53,069 bases of DNA from Deltaproteobacteria bacterium (GTDB taxonomy: Bacteria > Myxococcota > Myxococcia > Myxococcales > 40CM-4-68-19), in assembly GCA_005888115.1 (NCBI GenBank), contig VBKO01000053.1:1-53069 (forward strand). The letters run 5' to 3'. The notes under the pieces were generated by a model that worked only from the letters and a program-made list of their open reading frames with translations, ran no database searches and had not been told where the DNA came from. Both the position numbers and the translations under genes were made by a program. This document shows positions 40,303-49,166 of this stretch, one piece after another. Positions within the stretch are counted from its first letter, which is position 1. The number at the start of each line of letters is the position of its first letter.

Positions 40303-40874
40303 CGGACCACTCGCTCGAGCAGCTTCGCCGAGACGATCGCGACCGTGAGCGCGCAGGCGGTGGAGGCGAGCGTGGGCAAGAGGATGCCGGCTGGGTCGCT
40401 GGAGTGCGCGGCGGCGCGCAGCGCGATCACCGTGGTCGGGACCAGCTGGAGGCTCGCCGTATTGATGGCGACGAACAGCGCTTGGGCGTTGGTGGCGTTC
40501 CCGGGGTTGGGGTTCAGCTTCTCCAACTCCTCCATGGCCTTGATCCCGAAGGGGGTGGCGGCGTTCCCCAGACCCAGCATGTTGGCGGCGATGTTGAGGA
40601 GCATTGCCGAGATGGCGGGGTGACCGTCGGGGACGTCGCGGAACAGCGGGCGGAAGATGGGCCGTGCTGCGCGGGCGAGCTTGTCGACCAGCCCGGCCTT
40701 CTCCGCGATCTTGAGCAGCCCAAGCCACAGCGACATGACGCCGATGAGCCCGAGGGCGAGAGTCACCGCGTTCCCGGCGCCGTCCAGCGCACCCGTGCCC
40801 ACCGCCTTGACGTCCCCGCGCACGGCGGCGGCTACCAGCGCACCGACCAGCAGCAGGACGAACACGACGTTCAT
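40299..40874 (-). CDS. spmA: spore maturation protein A-like nucleoside-recognition membrane protein
   Basis: Last 191 aa of ORF 40299..42956. Signatures MNVVFVLLLVGALV and LLNIAANMLGLGNAATPFGIKAME (Gate/nucleoside-recognition motif). Confidence 0.82.
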   Translation of the reverse strand: MNVVFVLLLVGALVAAAVRGDVKAVGTGALDGAGNAVTLALGLIGVMSLWLGLLKIAEKAGLVDKLARAARPIFRPLFRDVPDGHPAISAMLLNIAANMLGLGNAATPFGIKAMEELEKLNPNPGNATNAQALFVAINTASLQLVPTTVIALRAAAHSSDPAGILLPTLASTACALTVAIVSAKLLERVVR

Positions 40875-41012
40875 CGGGCACGTGCATGGCACGAGAACGC
40901 GGCGGCGACAATTTGTCGGCCGATGTGCGAAGTTAGCTCGCGATTGCGCTTCTTGACCCTCCCCCCTCTCCATGTTACCTGCGCCGCCTCCGTCCGGGTC
41001 GAAAGGGAACGC

Positions 41013-43082
41013 ATGCGTCGCCTCTCCGCGCTCGCCGCCGTGTGCCTGCTCCTGCCTTGCGCGGTCCTGGCGCAGACTTCTCCCGCGCCGCGAAGCCGGG
41101 CCGCCGCGAAGCAGAAGCCAAAGGCGACCAATCCATCCGCCGGCACCGCCGCGCAGCCGAGCACCTCGGCGAAGACGGGCGAGAGCGGCACCCCCGCGGC
41201 GCCCGAGAATCCTTCGACCTCGACGACCGCGAGCGCGGCGGCGGGACCCGCGAGCGCAGCGTCGCAGAGCGGCGCCTCGTCCGAAACCGCCAGCCAGAAG
41301 CCTGCCGCGAGCCAGACCGATCCGGAGGAATTCCGGCGCCAGGTGATGGAGGAGGTGCGGCGCGAGCTGCAGAAGACGAAGGACGAGGTCAAGCAGCAGA
41401 CCTCCTGGATCGAGCAGGACAGCGCGGCGCGCGTGCAGGACAGCGAGGCCGTCGAATCGCTCCGGCAGCGCGTCAACTTGTTCCAGCCGCACGGGTACCT
41501 GCGCTTGCGGGGCGAGTTCCTGAACAACCTGGACCTGGGCAGGGGTCCGGACCAGACGGGACACACGCTGTTCCCCGGGCCGTACATCGGGACCGGCGGG
41601 AACCACTCGCAGTCGGACGCGAACATGCGCTTCCGCTTCGAGCCGACCTTCGAGGTGAGCGAGGACCTCTCCATCTACGTGCAGATGGATCTGCTCGACA
41701 ACGTCCTGCTCGGCTCCAATCCGAAGTCGGACCCCTTCCTCGATCCATTCACCCCGCTGCACGTGCTGGAGACGACCCGCGTCGCGGACGTCGTCAAGTT
41801 GAAGCGCGTCTGGGGGCGCGTCAACACCCAGCTGGGCGAGCTGCTCTTCGGCCGCATGGGCTACCACTGGGGCTTGGGGATCCTGCACAACGACGGCAAC
41901 TGCCTCGACTGCGATTACGGCGACACCTACGACCGGATTGCCTTCGCGCCCCGCGAGATCAAGGGCCACACCTTCACGTTCATGTTCGACTTGCTCGCGA
42001 AGGGGCCGGGGACGACCGGCGAGTTCGGCGAGCTGGGCCGCAGCGTCGATCTGGACACGCTCGATGACGGCTACCGGCTTGGCCTTTCCATCACCCGTCT
42101 CGATTCTCCGGAGGTGGTGAAGCGCAAGCTCGACGCGGGCCAGTGGGTGCTGAACTACGGCTTGCTGCTCGACTACCGGACCCAGGGCTGGGACACGGTG
42201 GTGACGACGAACGTGGACAACGTCACCACGCTGGCGCAGTTCACCTCGCTGCGCGGCACGGTGGTGAAGCGCGACGCGAAGTTCTACCAACCGGACATCT
42301 TCCTCTCGCTCAAGCGGCGCAAGTGGCGGCTGGACCTGGAGGTCGCCTCGAGCATCGGCAACGTGGGCAACCGCACCTCGCGCGACGTTGACATCGCCAC
42401 CAACCCGCAGCTCACCCAGTCGCTCAGCTTCCTGCAGTTGGGGGGGGCGTTGCAGACCGACGTGGCGCTGCTCCCCGCCGACGCGCTGCTCGTCGGCGTC
42501 GAGGCAGGCGCCGCCTCGGGCGACAAGGGGGCCTACGGATTCGGCGCGCGACCCTGGCGCGAGGGGACCGGGAACCCGCAGCCGACCCCTCCCGGAGTGC
42601 CGCAGTACAGGACGGCCGGGCCCGGCAACATCGACGGCAACCACATCGACTTCTTCAATCCGGACAACACGCACGGCCGGGTGAACAACTTCGTGTTCAA
42701 CCGCGCTTTCAACGTGGACATGATCCTCTTCCGCAACATCATCACCGCGGTGACCTCGGCCTGGTACGTGAAGCCGTCGCTGCGATACCGGCCCACCGGC
42801 CGCAAGACCGGAGGCGGGGACGACACGGGGTTCGAGATCCTCGCTTCGATGATGTACGCACAGGCCTTCTACCCGGAGAACACGCCCGGGCTGGCGAAGG
42901 GGCTCGGCCTCGAGATGAACCTGGGCATCACCTACGACACCTCCGACCGGTTCCACAGCGGGTTTGCGTACGGCCTGCTGCTGCCCTTCAGCGGATTGCG
43001 CAACCTGACCCCGCCGACCGGGTTGTCAGGCGATACCTCCATCGCGCACGCGATGAAGTTCATCCTCGCCATCCCGTTCTGA
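41013..43082 (+). CDS. predicted outer-membrane beta-barrel protein with Ser/Thr/Ala/Pro-rich and coiled-coil N-terminal region
   Basis: In-frame ATG (MRRLSALAAVCLLLPCAVLAQ signal peptide, GAAAGGGAA upstream) within ORF 40404..43082. Alternating beta-strand patterns. C-terminal ...KFILAIPF (terminal Phe), typical of OMPs. Confidence 0.8.
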   Translation: MRRLSALAAVCLLLPCAVLAQTSPAPRSRAAAKQKPKATNPSAGTAAQPSTSAKTGESGTPAAPENPSTSTTASAAAGPASAASQSGASSETASQKPAASQTDPEEFRRQVMEEVRRELQKTKDEVKQQTSWIEQDSAARVQDSEAVESLRQRVNLFQPHGYLRLRGEFLNNLDLGRGPDQTGHTLFPGPYIGTGGNHSQSDANMRFRFEPTFEVSEDLSIYVQMDLLDNVLLGSNPKSDPFLDPFTPLHVLETTRVADVVKLKRVWGRVNTQLGELLFGRMGYHWGLGILHNDGNCLDCDYGDTYDRIAFAPREIKGHTFTFMFDLLAKGPGTTGEFGELGRSVDLDTLDDGYRLGLSITRLDSPEVVKRKLDAGQWVLNYGLLLDYRTQGWDTVVTTNVDNVTTLAQFTSLRGTVVKRDAKFYQPDIFLSLKRRKWRLDLEVASSIGNVGNRTSRDVDIATNPQLTQSLSFLQLGGALQTDVALLPADALLVGVEAGAASGDKGAYGFGARPWREGTGNPQPTPPGVPQYRTAGPGNIDGNHIDFFNPDNTHGRVNNFVFNRAFNVDMILFRNIITAVTSAWYVKPSLRYRPTGRKTGGGDDTGFEILASMMYAQAFYPENTPGLAKGLGLEMNLGITYDTSDRFHSGFAYGLLLPFSGLRNLTPPTGLSGDTSIAHAMKFILAIPF

Positions 43083-43267
43083 TGCTGCGCGCGGCGGTCC
43101 TCGCTGCCTTGCTCGCGACCGCCTACTGCGGGGCGAAGGGATCGCCCCAGCCGCCGGCGAGGGAGGCGCCCGACGCCGGGCCGTCGACCTCGACTTCGCG
43201 CCCGACCTCGACGGCCGACTCTGGATCGGAGTCCCCGCCCACGCGGATCGACGCCGGCTCCCCGTGA
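43082..43267 (+). CDS. small LptM/YifL-like lipoprotein (61 aa)
   Basis: ORF 43082..43267: MLRAAVLAALLATAYCGAKGSPQPP... CGAKGSP resembles the LptM/LppL signature CG(L/Q)KGPL. 1-nt overlap with the OMP stop and GTGA overlap with the lysA start. The lipobox (AYC) is non-canonical. Confidence 0.6.
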   Translation: MLRAAVLAALLATAYCGAKGSPQPPAREAPDAGPSTSTSRPTSTADSGSESPPTRIDAGSP

Positions 43268-44511
43268 ACCACTTCGTCCGCCGGCGCGGAGAGCTGTACT
43301 GCGAGCGCGTGCCGCTTCTCCGGATCGCGCAGCGGGTGGGCACGCCGGCGTACGTGTACTCGACCGCGACGCTCATGAGGCACGCGCGCGTCTTCCGCGC
43401 CGCGCTGCGCGGTCTGGACATGCTCCCCTGCTACGCCGTGAAGGCCGCCGGCAACCTGGCCATCCTGCGGCTCCTTTCGGACGAGGGGTTCGGTTTCGAC
43501 ATCGTCTCGGGCGGCGAGCTGCACCGGGCCCTGCGCGCCGGCGCCGACCCGGGCCGCATCGTCTTCTCCGGGGTCGGCAAGCGCGAGGACGAGCTGCGCG
43601 CCGCCTTGCGGGCGGGGATCCTCCAGTTCAACTGCGAGAGCGAGGAGGAGCTGGAGCAGCTCGATGCCGTCGCGCGCTCGCTTCGCCGCCGCGCGCCGGT
43701 CGCCATCCGGGTGAATCCCGCGGTCGACGCCCGCACCCATCCCTACATCGCGACTGCGCTGGCCACCTCGAAGTTCGGTGTGCCGGCATCGCGCGCGCGA
43801 GCGGCGTTCCGGCGCGCCGAAGAGCTGCCCGGCCTTGCGGTGGTCGGCCTCGCCTGTCACATCGGCTCGCAGATCGGCGAGGTCCGCCCGTTCATCGAGG
43901 CGGCGCGGAAGATGCGTGCGCTCTTCGAGGAGCTGCGCGCGGGCGGGCACGCGCTGCGGCACCTCGACCTGGGAGGCGGGCTGGGCGTGCCTTACGGCGA
44001 CGGACCCGATCCCGCTTCCCCCGAAGACTACGGGCGCGCCCTCGCTCGGGCGCTGCGCGCACTCGACGCCCGCATCCTGGTCGAGCCGGGCAGGCTCCTG
44101 GTGGCGAACGCCGGGGTGTTGCTCACACGCATCCTCGTGAGCAAGCGCGGCGCCGGTGGTCGCCGGTTCGCGGTCGCCGACGCAGGCATGAACGACCTGC
44201 TGCGCCCGGCCCTCTACGGCGCCTACCACGCTGTGGAGCCCGTCGCGCGGCCGCGGGCCGGCAGCGAAGTCGTCGACCTCGTCGGGCCGGTGTGCGAGAG
44301 CGCCGACGTGCTGGCCCCGCGCCGCCGGCTGCCTCCACTCGAGAGCGGCGATCTCGTCGTCCTGCGCACCGCCGGCGCCTACGGGATGTCCATGGCCAGC
44401 CAGTACAACGGGCGCCCCCGGCCCGCCGAGGTGCTGGTCTCCGGCGCGCGGTTTCGCGTCGTGCGGCGCCGCGAGACGGTGGACGACCTGGTGCGCGGAG
44501 AGACGGTCTGA
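43264..44511 (+). CDS. lysA: diaminopimelate decarboxylase
   Basis: ORF 43264..44511, 415 aa. Signatures TPAYVYS, PLP-lysine motif CYAVKAAGN, HIGSQI, and CESADVL near the C-terminus. Confidence 0.94.
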   Translation: MNHFVRRRGELYCERVPLLRIAQRVGTPAYVYSTATLMRHARVFRAALRGLDMLPCYAVKAAGNLAILRLLSDEGFGFDIVSGGELHRALRAGADPGRIVFSGVGKREDELRAALRAGILQFNCESEEELEQLDAVARSLRRRAPVAIRVNPAVDARTHPYIATALATSKFGVPASRARAAFRRAEELPGLAVVGLACHIGSQIGEVRPFIEAARKMRALFEELRAGGHALRHLDLGGGLGVPYGDGPDPASPEDYGRALARALRALDARILVEPGRLLVANAGVLLTRILVSKRGAGGRRFAVADAGMNDLLRPALYGAYHAVEPVARPRAGSEVVDLVGPVCESADVLAPRRRLPPLESGDLVVLRTAGAYGMSMASQYNGRPRPAEVLVSGARFRVVRRRETVDDLVRGETV

Positions 44512-44569
44512 CCTCGGGCCGCGTTGCGGCGCCTTCCCTGCGACAGTAGAGTCCCCGGTCCGCGCGGCC

Positions 44570-45472
44570 GTGCCGCGCTGGGAGGACACCGTGCTCAGCT
44601 TGCGCGGCTCTTTCGTGGCCCTGGTCACCCCGTTCCGCGACGGAAAGGTGGACGAGCCGGCCCTGCGCTCGCTCCTGCGCTGGCACGTCGAGAATGGGAC
44701 CGACGGTCTCGTCCCCTGCGGCACCACCGGGGAGGGCGCGACTCTCGCCCCCGACGAAGCGGTCCGCGTCGTCCGCATCTGCGTGGAGGAAGCGCGCGGG
44801 CGCTTGCCGGTCGTTGCGGGATGCGGGACGAACTCGACCGCGGCGACGATCGACAACGTGCTGCGCGCCAAGGAGGCGGGCGCGGACGCCGCGCTGGTCG
44901 TCACCCCCTACTACAACAAGCCCACCCAGGAAGGGCTGTTCCGGCATTTCGAGGCGGTGGCGTCGCGCGGCGGCCTGCCGGTAGTCGTCTACAACGTCCC
45001 CAGCCGCACCAGCGTGGACATCCTCCCCGAGACCCTCGGCCGGCTCTCCCGCGTGCCGGGCATCGTCGCGGTGAAGGAGGCGAGCGGGAACGTGGTGCGC
45101 GTAGCGGAGATCCAGGAGCGCTGCGAAGGCAGGCCATTCGCCATCCTCGCCGGCGACGACATGTTCACGCTTCCCACGCTGGCGATGGGCGGCGCGGGCG
45201 TGATCTCGGTGGTGGGGAACGTCGCGCCGCGCGACCTGGCAGCGCTCTGCGACGATTTCTTCGCCGGGCGGTTGGAGGCCGCGCGGAAGGCCCAGGTCCG
45301 CTTCGCTCCCTTGGTGCGCGCGCTGTTCTGCGAGACTAATCCGATGCCGGTGAAGCACGCGCTGTTCCGCATGGGGAAGATCGCCGCCGAGCTGCGCCTC
45401 CCGCTGGTGCCCGTCTCCGAGAAGGGCGCTGCGCAGGTCGACGCGGCGCTCGCGGCGTACGGCCTGACATGA
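44570..45472 (+). CDS. dapA: 4-hydroxy-tetrahydrodipicolinate synthase
   Basis: ORF 44570..45472. Signatures [26 protein letters not shown] and AVKEASGN. Start is GTG 44570 or GTG 44591. Confidence 0.94.
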   Translation: MPRWEDTVLSLRGSFVALVTPFRDGKVDEPALRSLLRWHVENGTDGLVPCGTTGEGATLAPDEAVRVVRICVEEARGRLPVVAGCGTNSTAATIDNVLRAKEAGADAALVVTPYYNKPTQEGLFRHFEAVASRGGLPVVVYNVPSRTSVDILPETLGRLSRVPGIVAVKEASGNVVRVAEIQERCEGRPFAILAGDDMFTLPTLAMGGAGVISVVGNVAPRDLAALCDDFFAGRLEAARKAQVRFAPLVRALFCETNPMPVKHALFRMGKIAAELRLPLVPVSEKGAAQVDAALAAYGLT

Positions 45473-46293
45473 AGCCGGTCCGCGTGGTGGTCTGCGGGGT
45501 GGCGGGCCGCATGGGTGGCCGCATCCTGCAAGCCGTGCGCGCGGAGGACGGGATGCAGGTCGTCGGCGCCACCGAGCGCCCCGACGCTCGGGAAGTGGGG
45601 CTCGACGCGGGGACCGCGGCGGGCGGGTCGCCGCTCGGCGTGACCGTGTCCGGTTCGCTGGAGACCGCGCTTTCGAGTGGCGCGGACGTGGCCATCGACT
45701 TCACGGCGCCCGCCGCCTCGCAGCGGCACGCGCAGGTGTGCGCGGCGCGGAAAGTGGCGCTGGTGCTGGGCACCACGGGTATTCCGCCCGAGGGCCGCGC
45801 CGAGATCGCCGCGCGAGCGCGCGAGGCGCCCATCGTGCTGGCGCCCAACATGAGCGTGGGAGTGAACGCGCTCTTCCGCCTGGTGGCGGAGGCAGCGCGC
45901 GCGCTGGGGCCTTCGTACGAGGTGGAGATCGTCGAGATGCACCACCGGGCGAAGAAGGACGCTCCCTCCGGCACTGCGCTGCGCCTCGCGGAAGTGGCCG
46001 CGGATGCGCTGAAGCTCGACCGGCGCGCCGCCTTCGTGTACGAGCGCCGCGGGGAGACGGGCGCGCGGCAGCCGGGCACCATCGGGCTGCAAGCGCTGCG
46101 CGGAGGCGACGTGGTTGGCGACCACACCGTGTTCTTCCTCGCGGAGGGCGAGCGGCTGGAGCTGACCCACCGGGCGACCAGCCGCGAGAACTTCGCCCGA
46201 GGAGCGGTGCGCGCGGCGCGTTGGGTCGCCGGCAAGCCGCCCGGGTTGTACGACATGCAGGACGTGCTGGGATTCGCGGGAGCGACGAAGTGA
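45469..46293 (+). CDS. dapB: 4-hydroxy-tetrahydrodipicolinate reductase
   Basis: ORF 45469..46293. Signatures [14 protein letters not shown] and [19 protein letters not shown] overlap with dapA. Confidence 0.94.
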   Translation: MKPVRVVVCGVAGRMGGRILQAVRAEDGMQVVGATERPDAREVGLDAGTAAGGSPLGVTVSGSLETALSSGADVAIDFTAPAASQRHAQVCAARKVALVLGTTGIPPEGRAEIAARAREAPIVLAPNMSVGVNALFRLVAEAARALGPSYEVEIVEMHHRAKKDAPSGTALRLAEVAADALKLDRRAAFVYERRGETGARQPGTIGLQALRGGDVVGDHTVFFLAEGERLELTHRATSRENFARGAVRAARWVAGKPPGLYDMQDVLGFAGATK

Positions 46294-47075
46294 CCAAGCC
46301 TGTGCGCATCGCGCGGTATCTGGGAGATGACGGAGAGATCCTGGAAGGGATCGTCGAGGGCGACGAGATCGCCGAGGTGAGCGGCCTCGACTCGATGCTG
46401 CGCGGCGGCCGGCGAGTGAGCGGCAAGCCACACAAGCTGTCCGCGGTGCAGCTCCTCCCCTGGGGAACGGCGCGCAAGGTGGTCGGAGTGGGCAAGAACT
46501 ACGCGGCCCACGCCAAGGAGCTGAACAGCGACGTTCCCAAGGAACCGCTGCTCCTCGTCAAGGTCTCCTCGTCGCTCATCGGCCACGGGCAGTCCATCGA
46601 GCTGCCTCCCGCGTCGCGCGAGGTGCACCACGAGGCCGAGCTGGCGGTGGTGATCGGAGAACGGCTGCGCCGCGCCAGCGAGAAGGAGTGCGCCGCAGCG
46701 GTGGCGGGCGTCACCTGCCTGAACGACGTCACCGCGCGCGACATCCAGCGCGCCGAAGGCCAGTGGACCCGCGCCAAGGGGTTCGACACCTTCTGCCCGA
46801 TCGGGCCGTGGGTGACGGTGGGGCTCGACTGGAGCGATCTGCGCGTCGTCTGCCGCGTGAACGGGAAGGTGAAGCAGGACGGGCGCACGGGCGACCAGAT
46901 CTTCCCGGTTCCGCGCCTGCTCGCCTTCATCTCCGCCGGGATGACGCTGGAGCCCGGGGACGTGGTGACCACCGGCACCCCGGATGGCGTCGGCCCCATC
47001 CAGGCGGGCGACACCGTCGAGATCGAGGTCGAGGGCGTCGGGGTCCTGCGCAACCCGGTGGTGAAGGCCGGATGA
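46290..47075 (+). CDS. fumarylacetoacetate hydrolase (FAH) family protein
   Basis: GTG start ([10 protein letters not shown]) overlapping the dapB stop (GTGA), within ORF 45738..47075. FAH signatures [22 protein letters not shown] and TGTPDGVGP. Confidence 0.88.
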   Translation: MTKPVRIARYLGDDGEILEGIVEGDEIAEVSGLDSMLRGGRRVSGKPHKLSAVQLLPWGTARKVVGVGKNYAAHAKELNSDVPKEPLLLVKVSSSLIGHGQSIELPPASREVHHEAELAVVIGERLRRASEKECAAAVAGVTCLNDVTARDIQRAEGQWTRAKGFDTFCPIGPWVTVGLDWSDLRVVCRVNGKVKQDGRTGDQIFPVPRLLAFISAGMTLEPGDVVTTGTPDGVGPIQAGDTVEIEVEGVGVLRNPVVKAG

Positions 47076-48208
47076 AGCCGCCGCTGAACCCGCTGCTGGG
47101 AAAGCTCGCCGGGTACTTGCAGGAACAGGCGAACGCGCAGCGCGACGCCGCGGTCCTTCGCGGCGGGCCGGTCTACGACTTCGGCATCGGAGATCCGCGC
47201 GAGCCCACGCCGCCCTTCATTCGCGAGGCATTCAAGGCCGCGGTGCCGGAGGTGTCGCAGTACCCGTCGGTGTCTGGAATCCCGGCGCTGCGCAAGGCCA
47301 TCGCCGGGTACCTGCGGCGGCGCTTCGCGCTGTCGCTCGACCCGGACCGCGAGATCCTGCCCTGCCAGGGAGCGAAGGAGGCGCTGTTCCACCTGCCGCT
47401 CGCGGCGCTCGATCCGGCCCGGCCGCTCTGCTGGTACCCGGACCCTGCGTACCCGGTCTATGAGCGCGCCATCCTCTTCGCGGGCGCGACTCCGCGCAGG
47501 TTGCCGCTGCGCGCCGAGCGCGGCTTCTTGCCGGATCTCGACGCGGTGCCCGCCGCCGACTGGCGGCGAACCTCGATCGTCTACGACAACTACCCGCACA
47601 ATCCGACCGGCGCGGGTGCGCCCCGCGAGCACCACGAGAAGCTCGCCGCGCTGGCGAAGGAGCATGGTTTCCTGCTCGTCTGTGACGAGCCGTACGTCGA
47701 TCTGTACGTGCACGAGCCGCCCCACAGCGCGCTGCAGGTCGCCCGCGAGAACGTGCTGATCGTGCACTCGCTGTCCAAGCGCAGCGGCATGACCGGATAC
47801 CGCAGCGGCTTCATGGCCGGCGAGCCGGACCTCATCGCGCAGTTGCGCGAGGCCCGGGCGAACTTCGGCGTCGCACCGCAGACGATGGTGCAACAGGCCG
47901 CCGTCGCAGCGTGGAGCGACGAGGCGCACGTGGAGGAGCGCCGCCGCGTCTTCGCGGACAAGCGCGCGCTCATCCTTGCGCACCTGCGCAAGCTGGGGCT
48001 TGCGGTCGGCGGCGAGGGAGCGTTCTACCTGTGGGTCCACGTCCCGGCGGGAGAAACGAGCGATTCCTACGCCGCCCGCCTCGGCTCCCGCGGCATCCTG
48101 GCCGTCCCCGGCCCCAACTTCGGCCCTTCGGGCGCGGGCTTCATCCGCCTCGCCATGGTCCCGACCATCGAAGACTGCAAGAAGGCCATCTCTGTCTGGC
48201 CGACCTAG
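47072..48208 (+). CDS. dapC: class I/II aminotransferase, probable N-succinyl-diaminopimelate aminotransferase
   Basis: ATG overlapping the FAH stop (ATGA), within ORF 46688..48208. Signatures YPHNPTG and SLSKRSGMTGYRSGF (PLP lysine). The DapC role is inferred from operon context only. Confidence 0.8.
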   Translation: MKPPLNPLLGKLAGYLQEQANAQRDAAVLRGGPVYDFGIGDPREPTPPFIREAFKAAVPEVSQYPSVSGIPALRKAIAGYLRRRFALSLDPDREILPCQGAKEALFHLPLAALDPARPLCWYPDPAYPVYERAILFAGATPRRLPLRAERGFLPDLDAVPAADWRRTSIVYDNYPHNPTGAGAPREHHEKLAALAKEHGFLLVCDEPYVDLYVHEPPHSALQVARENVLIVHSLSKRSGMTGYRSGFMAGEPDLIAQLREARANFGVAPQTMVQQAAVAAWSDEAHVEERRRVFADKRALILAHLRKLGLAVGGEGAFYLWVHVPAGETSDSYAARLGSRGILAVPGPNFGPSGAGFIRLAMVPTIEDCKKAISVWPT

Positions 48209-48297
48209 ACGAAGAACGTTTCACGCCCTCTGCGTGAACCGTTCCTGGTCCGTATTCACTGCTGCGCGGCCGAAGGGAACGTGCCATCCTTGCGGTC

Positions 48298-49161
48298 ATG
48301 CAGGATCCGACCAGGCCGGAGATGCGGCTGCCGGACGCGAGCGCGCCGGAGTTGCGCGCGCAGGTCGAGGCCGTCCTGCAGGACCGGGATCTCTTGCAGA
48401 AGGGGCACGCGCGCGCGGTTCGTGAGGTGGTGTACCGCCTGGACCGCGGCGACCTGCGCGTCGCGGAACGCATCGACGGGCCCGAACGGTGGATCGTGCA
48501 CGGCTGGATCCAGCAGAGCATCTCGCTCTATTTCGGCCTGGCGCCAATCGAGACGTACCAGGCAGGCGATCTCGAGTTCCACGACAAGGTCCCGCCCAAG
48601 CACGGGCTCGCCGGTAGCGGAGTGCGGGTGGTCCCGCCGGGTGTGGTGCGCTACGGCGCCCACGTGGAGAAGGGCGCCATCGTGATGCCTGGGTACGTCA
48701 ACATCGGAGCGCGCGTAGGCGCCGGCACGATGGTCGACACCTGGGCCACGGTCGGTTCGTGCGCGCAGGTCGGCCGCAACGTGCACCTCTCCGGTGGGGT
48801 CGGCCTGGGCGGAGTGCTCGAGCCGCCCGGCGCGCGCCCGGTCATCGTGGAGGAGGGCGCGTTCGTCGGAAGCCGCTGCATCGTCGTGGAGGGTTGCCTG
48901 ATCGAGGAGGAGGCCGTTCTCGGCGCGGGAGTCGTGCTCACCGCCTCGACGCCCATCTACGACGTGACCGGGCCGCAGGAGCGCGTCAGCAAGGGACGCG
49001 TGCCGGCGCGCAGCATCGTGATCCCGGGAATGCGGCCGCGTAGTTTCCCCGCCGGCGAATACCTCACCCCGTGCGCACTGATCATCGGCCAGCGCGGCGA
49101 GAGCACCGACAAGAAGACCTCGCTGAACCAGGCGCTGCGCGACTTCGGGGTGTCGGCTTGA
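48298..49161 (+). CDS. dapD: tetrahydrodipicolinate N-succinyltransferase
   Basis: ORF 48298..49161. Left-handed beta-helix hexapeptide repeats (GAIVMPGYVNIGARVGAGTMVDTWATVGSCAQVGRNVHLSGGVGLGG) and the DapD-type C-terminus. Confidence 0.9.
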   Translation: MQDPTRPEMRLPDASAPELRAQVEAVLQDRDLLQKGHARAVREVVYRLDRGDLRVAERIDGPERWIVHGWIQQSISLYFGLAPIETYQAGDLEFHDKVPPKHGLAGSGVRVVPPGVVRYGAHVEKGAIVMPGYVNIGARVGAGTMVDTWATVGSCAQVGRNVHLSGGVGLGGVLEPPGARPVIVEEGAFVGSRCIVVEGCLIEEEAVLGAGVVLTASTPIYDVTGPQERVSKGRVPARSIVIPGMRPRSFPAGEYLTPCALIIGQRGESTDKKTSLNQALRDFGVSA

Positions 49162-49166
49162 GCGAG

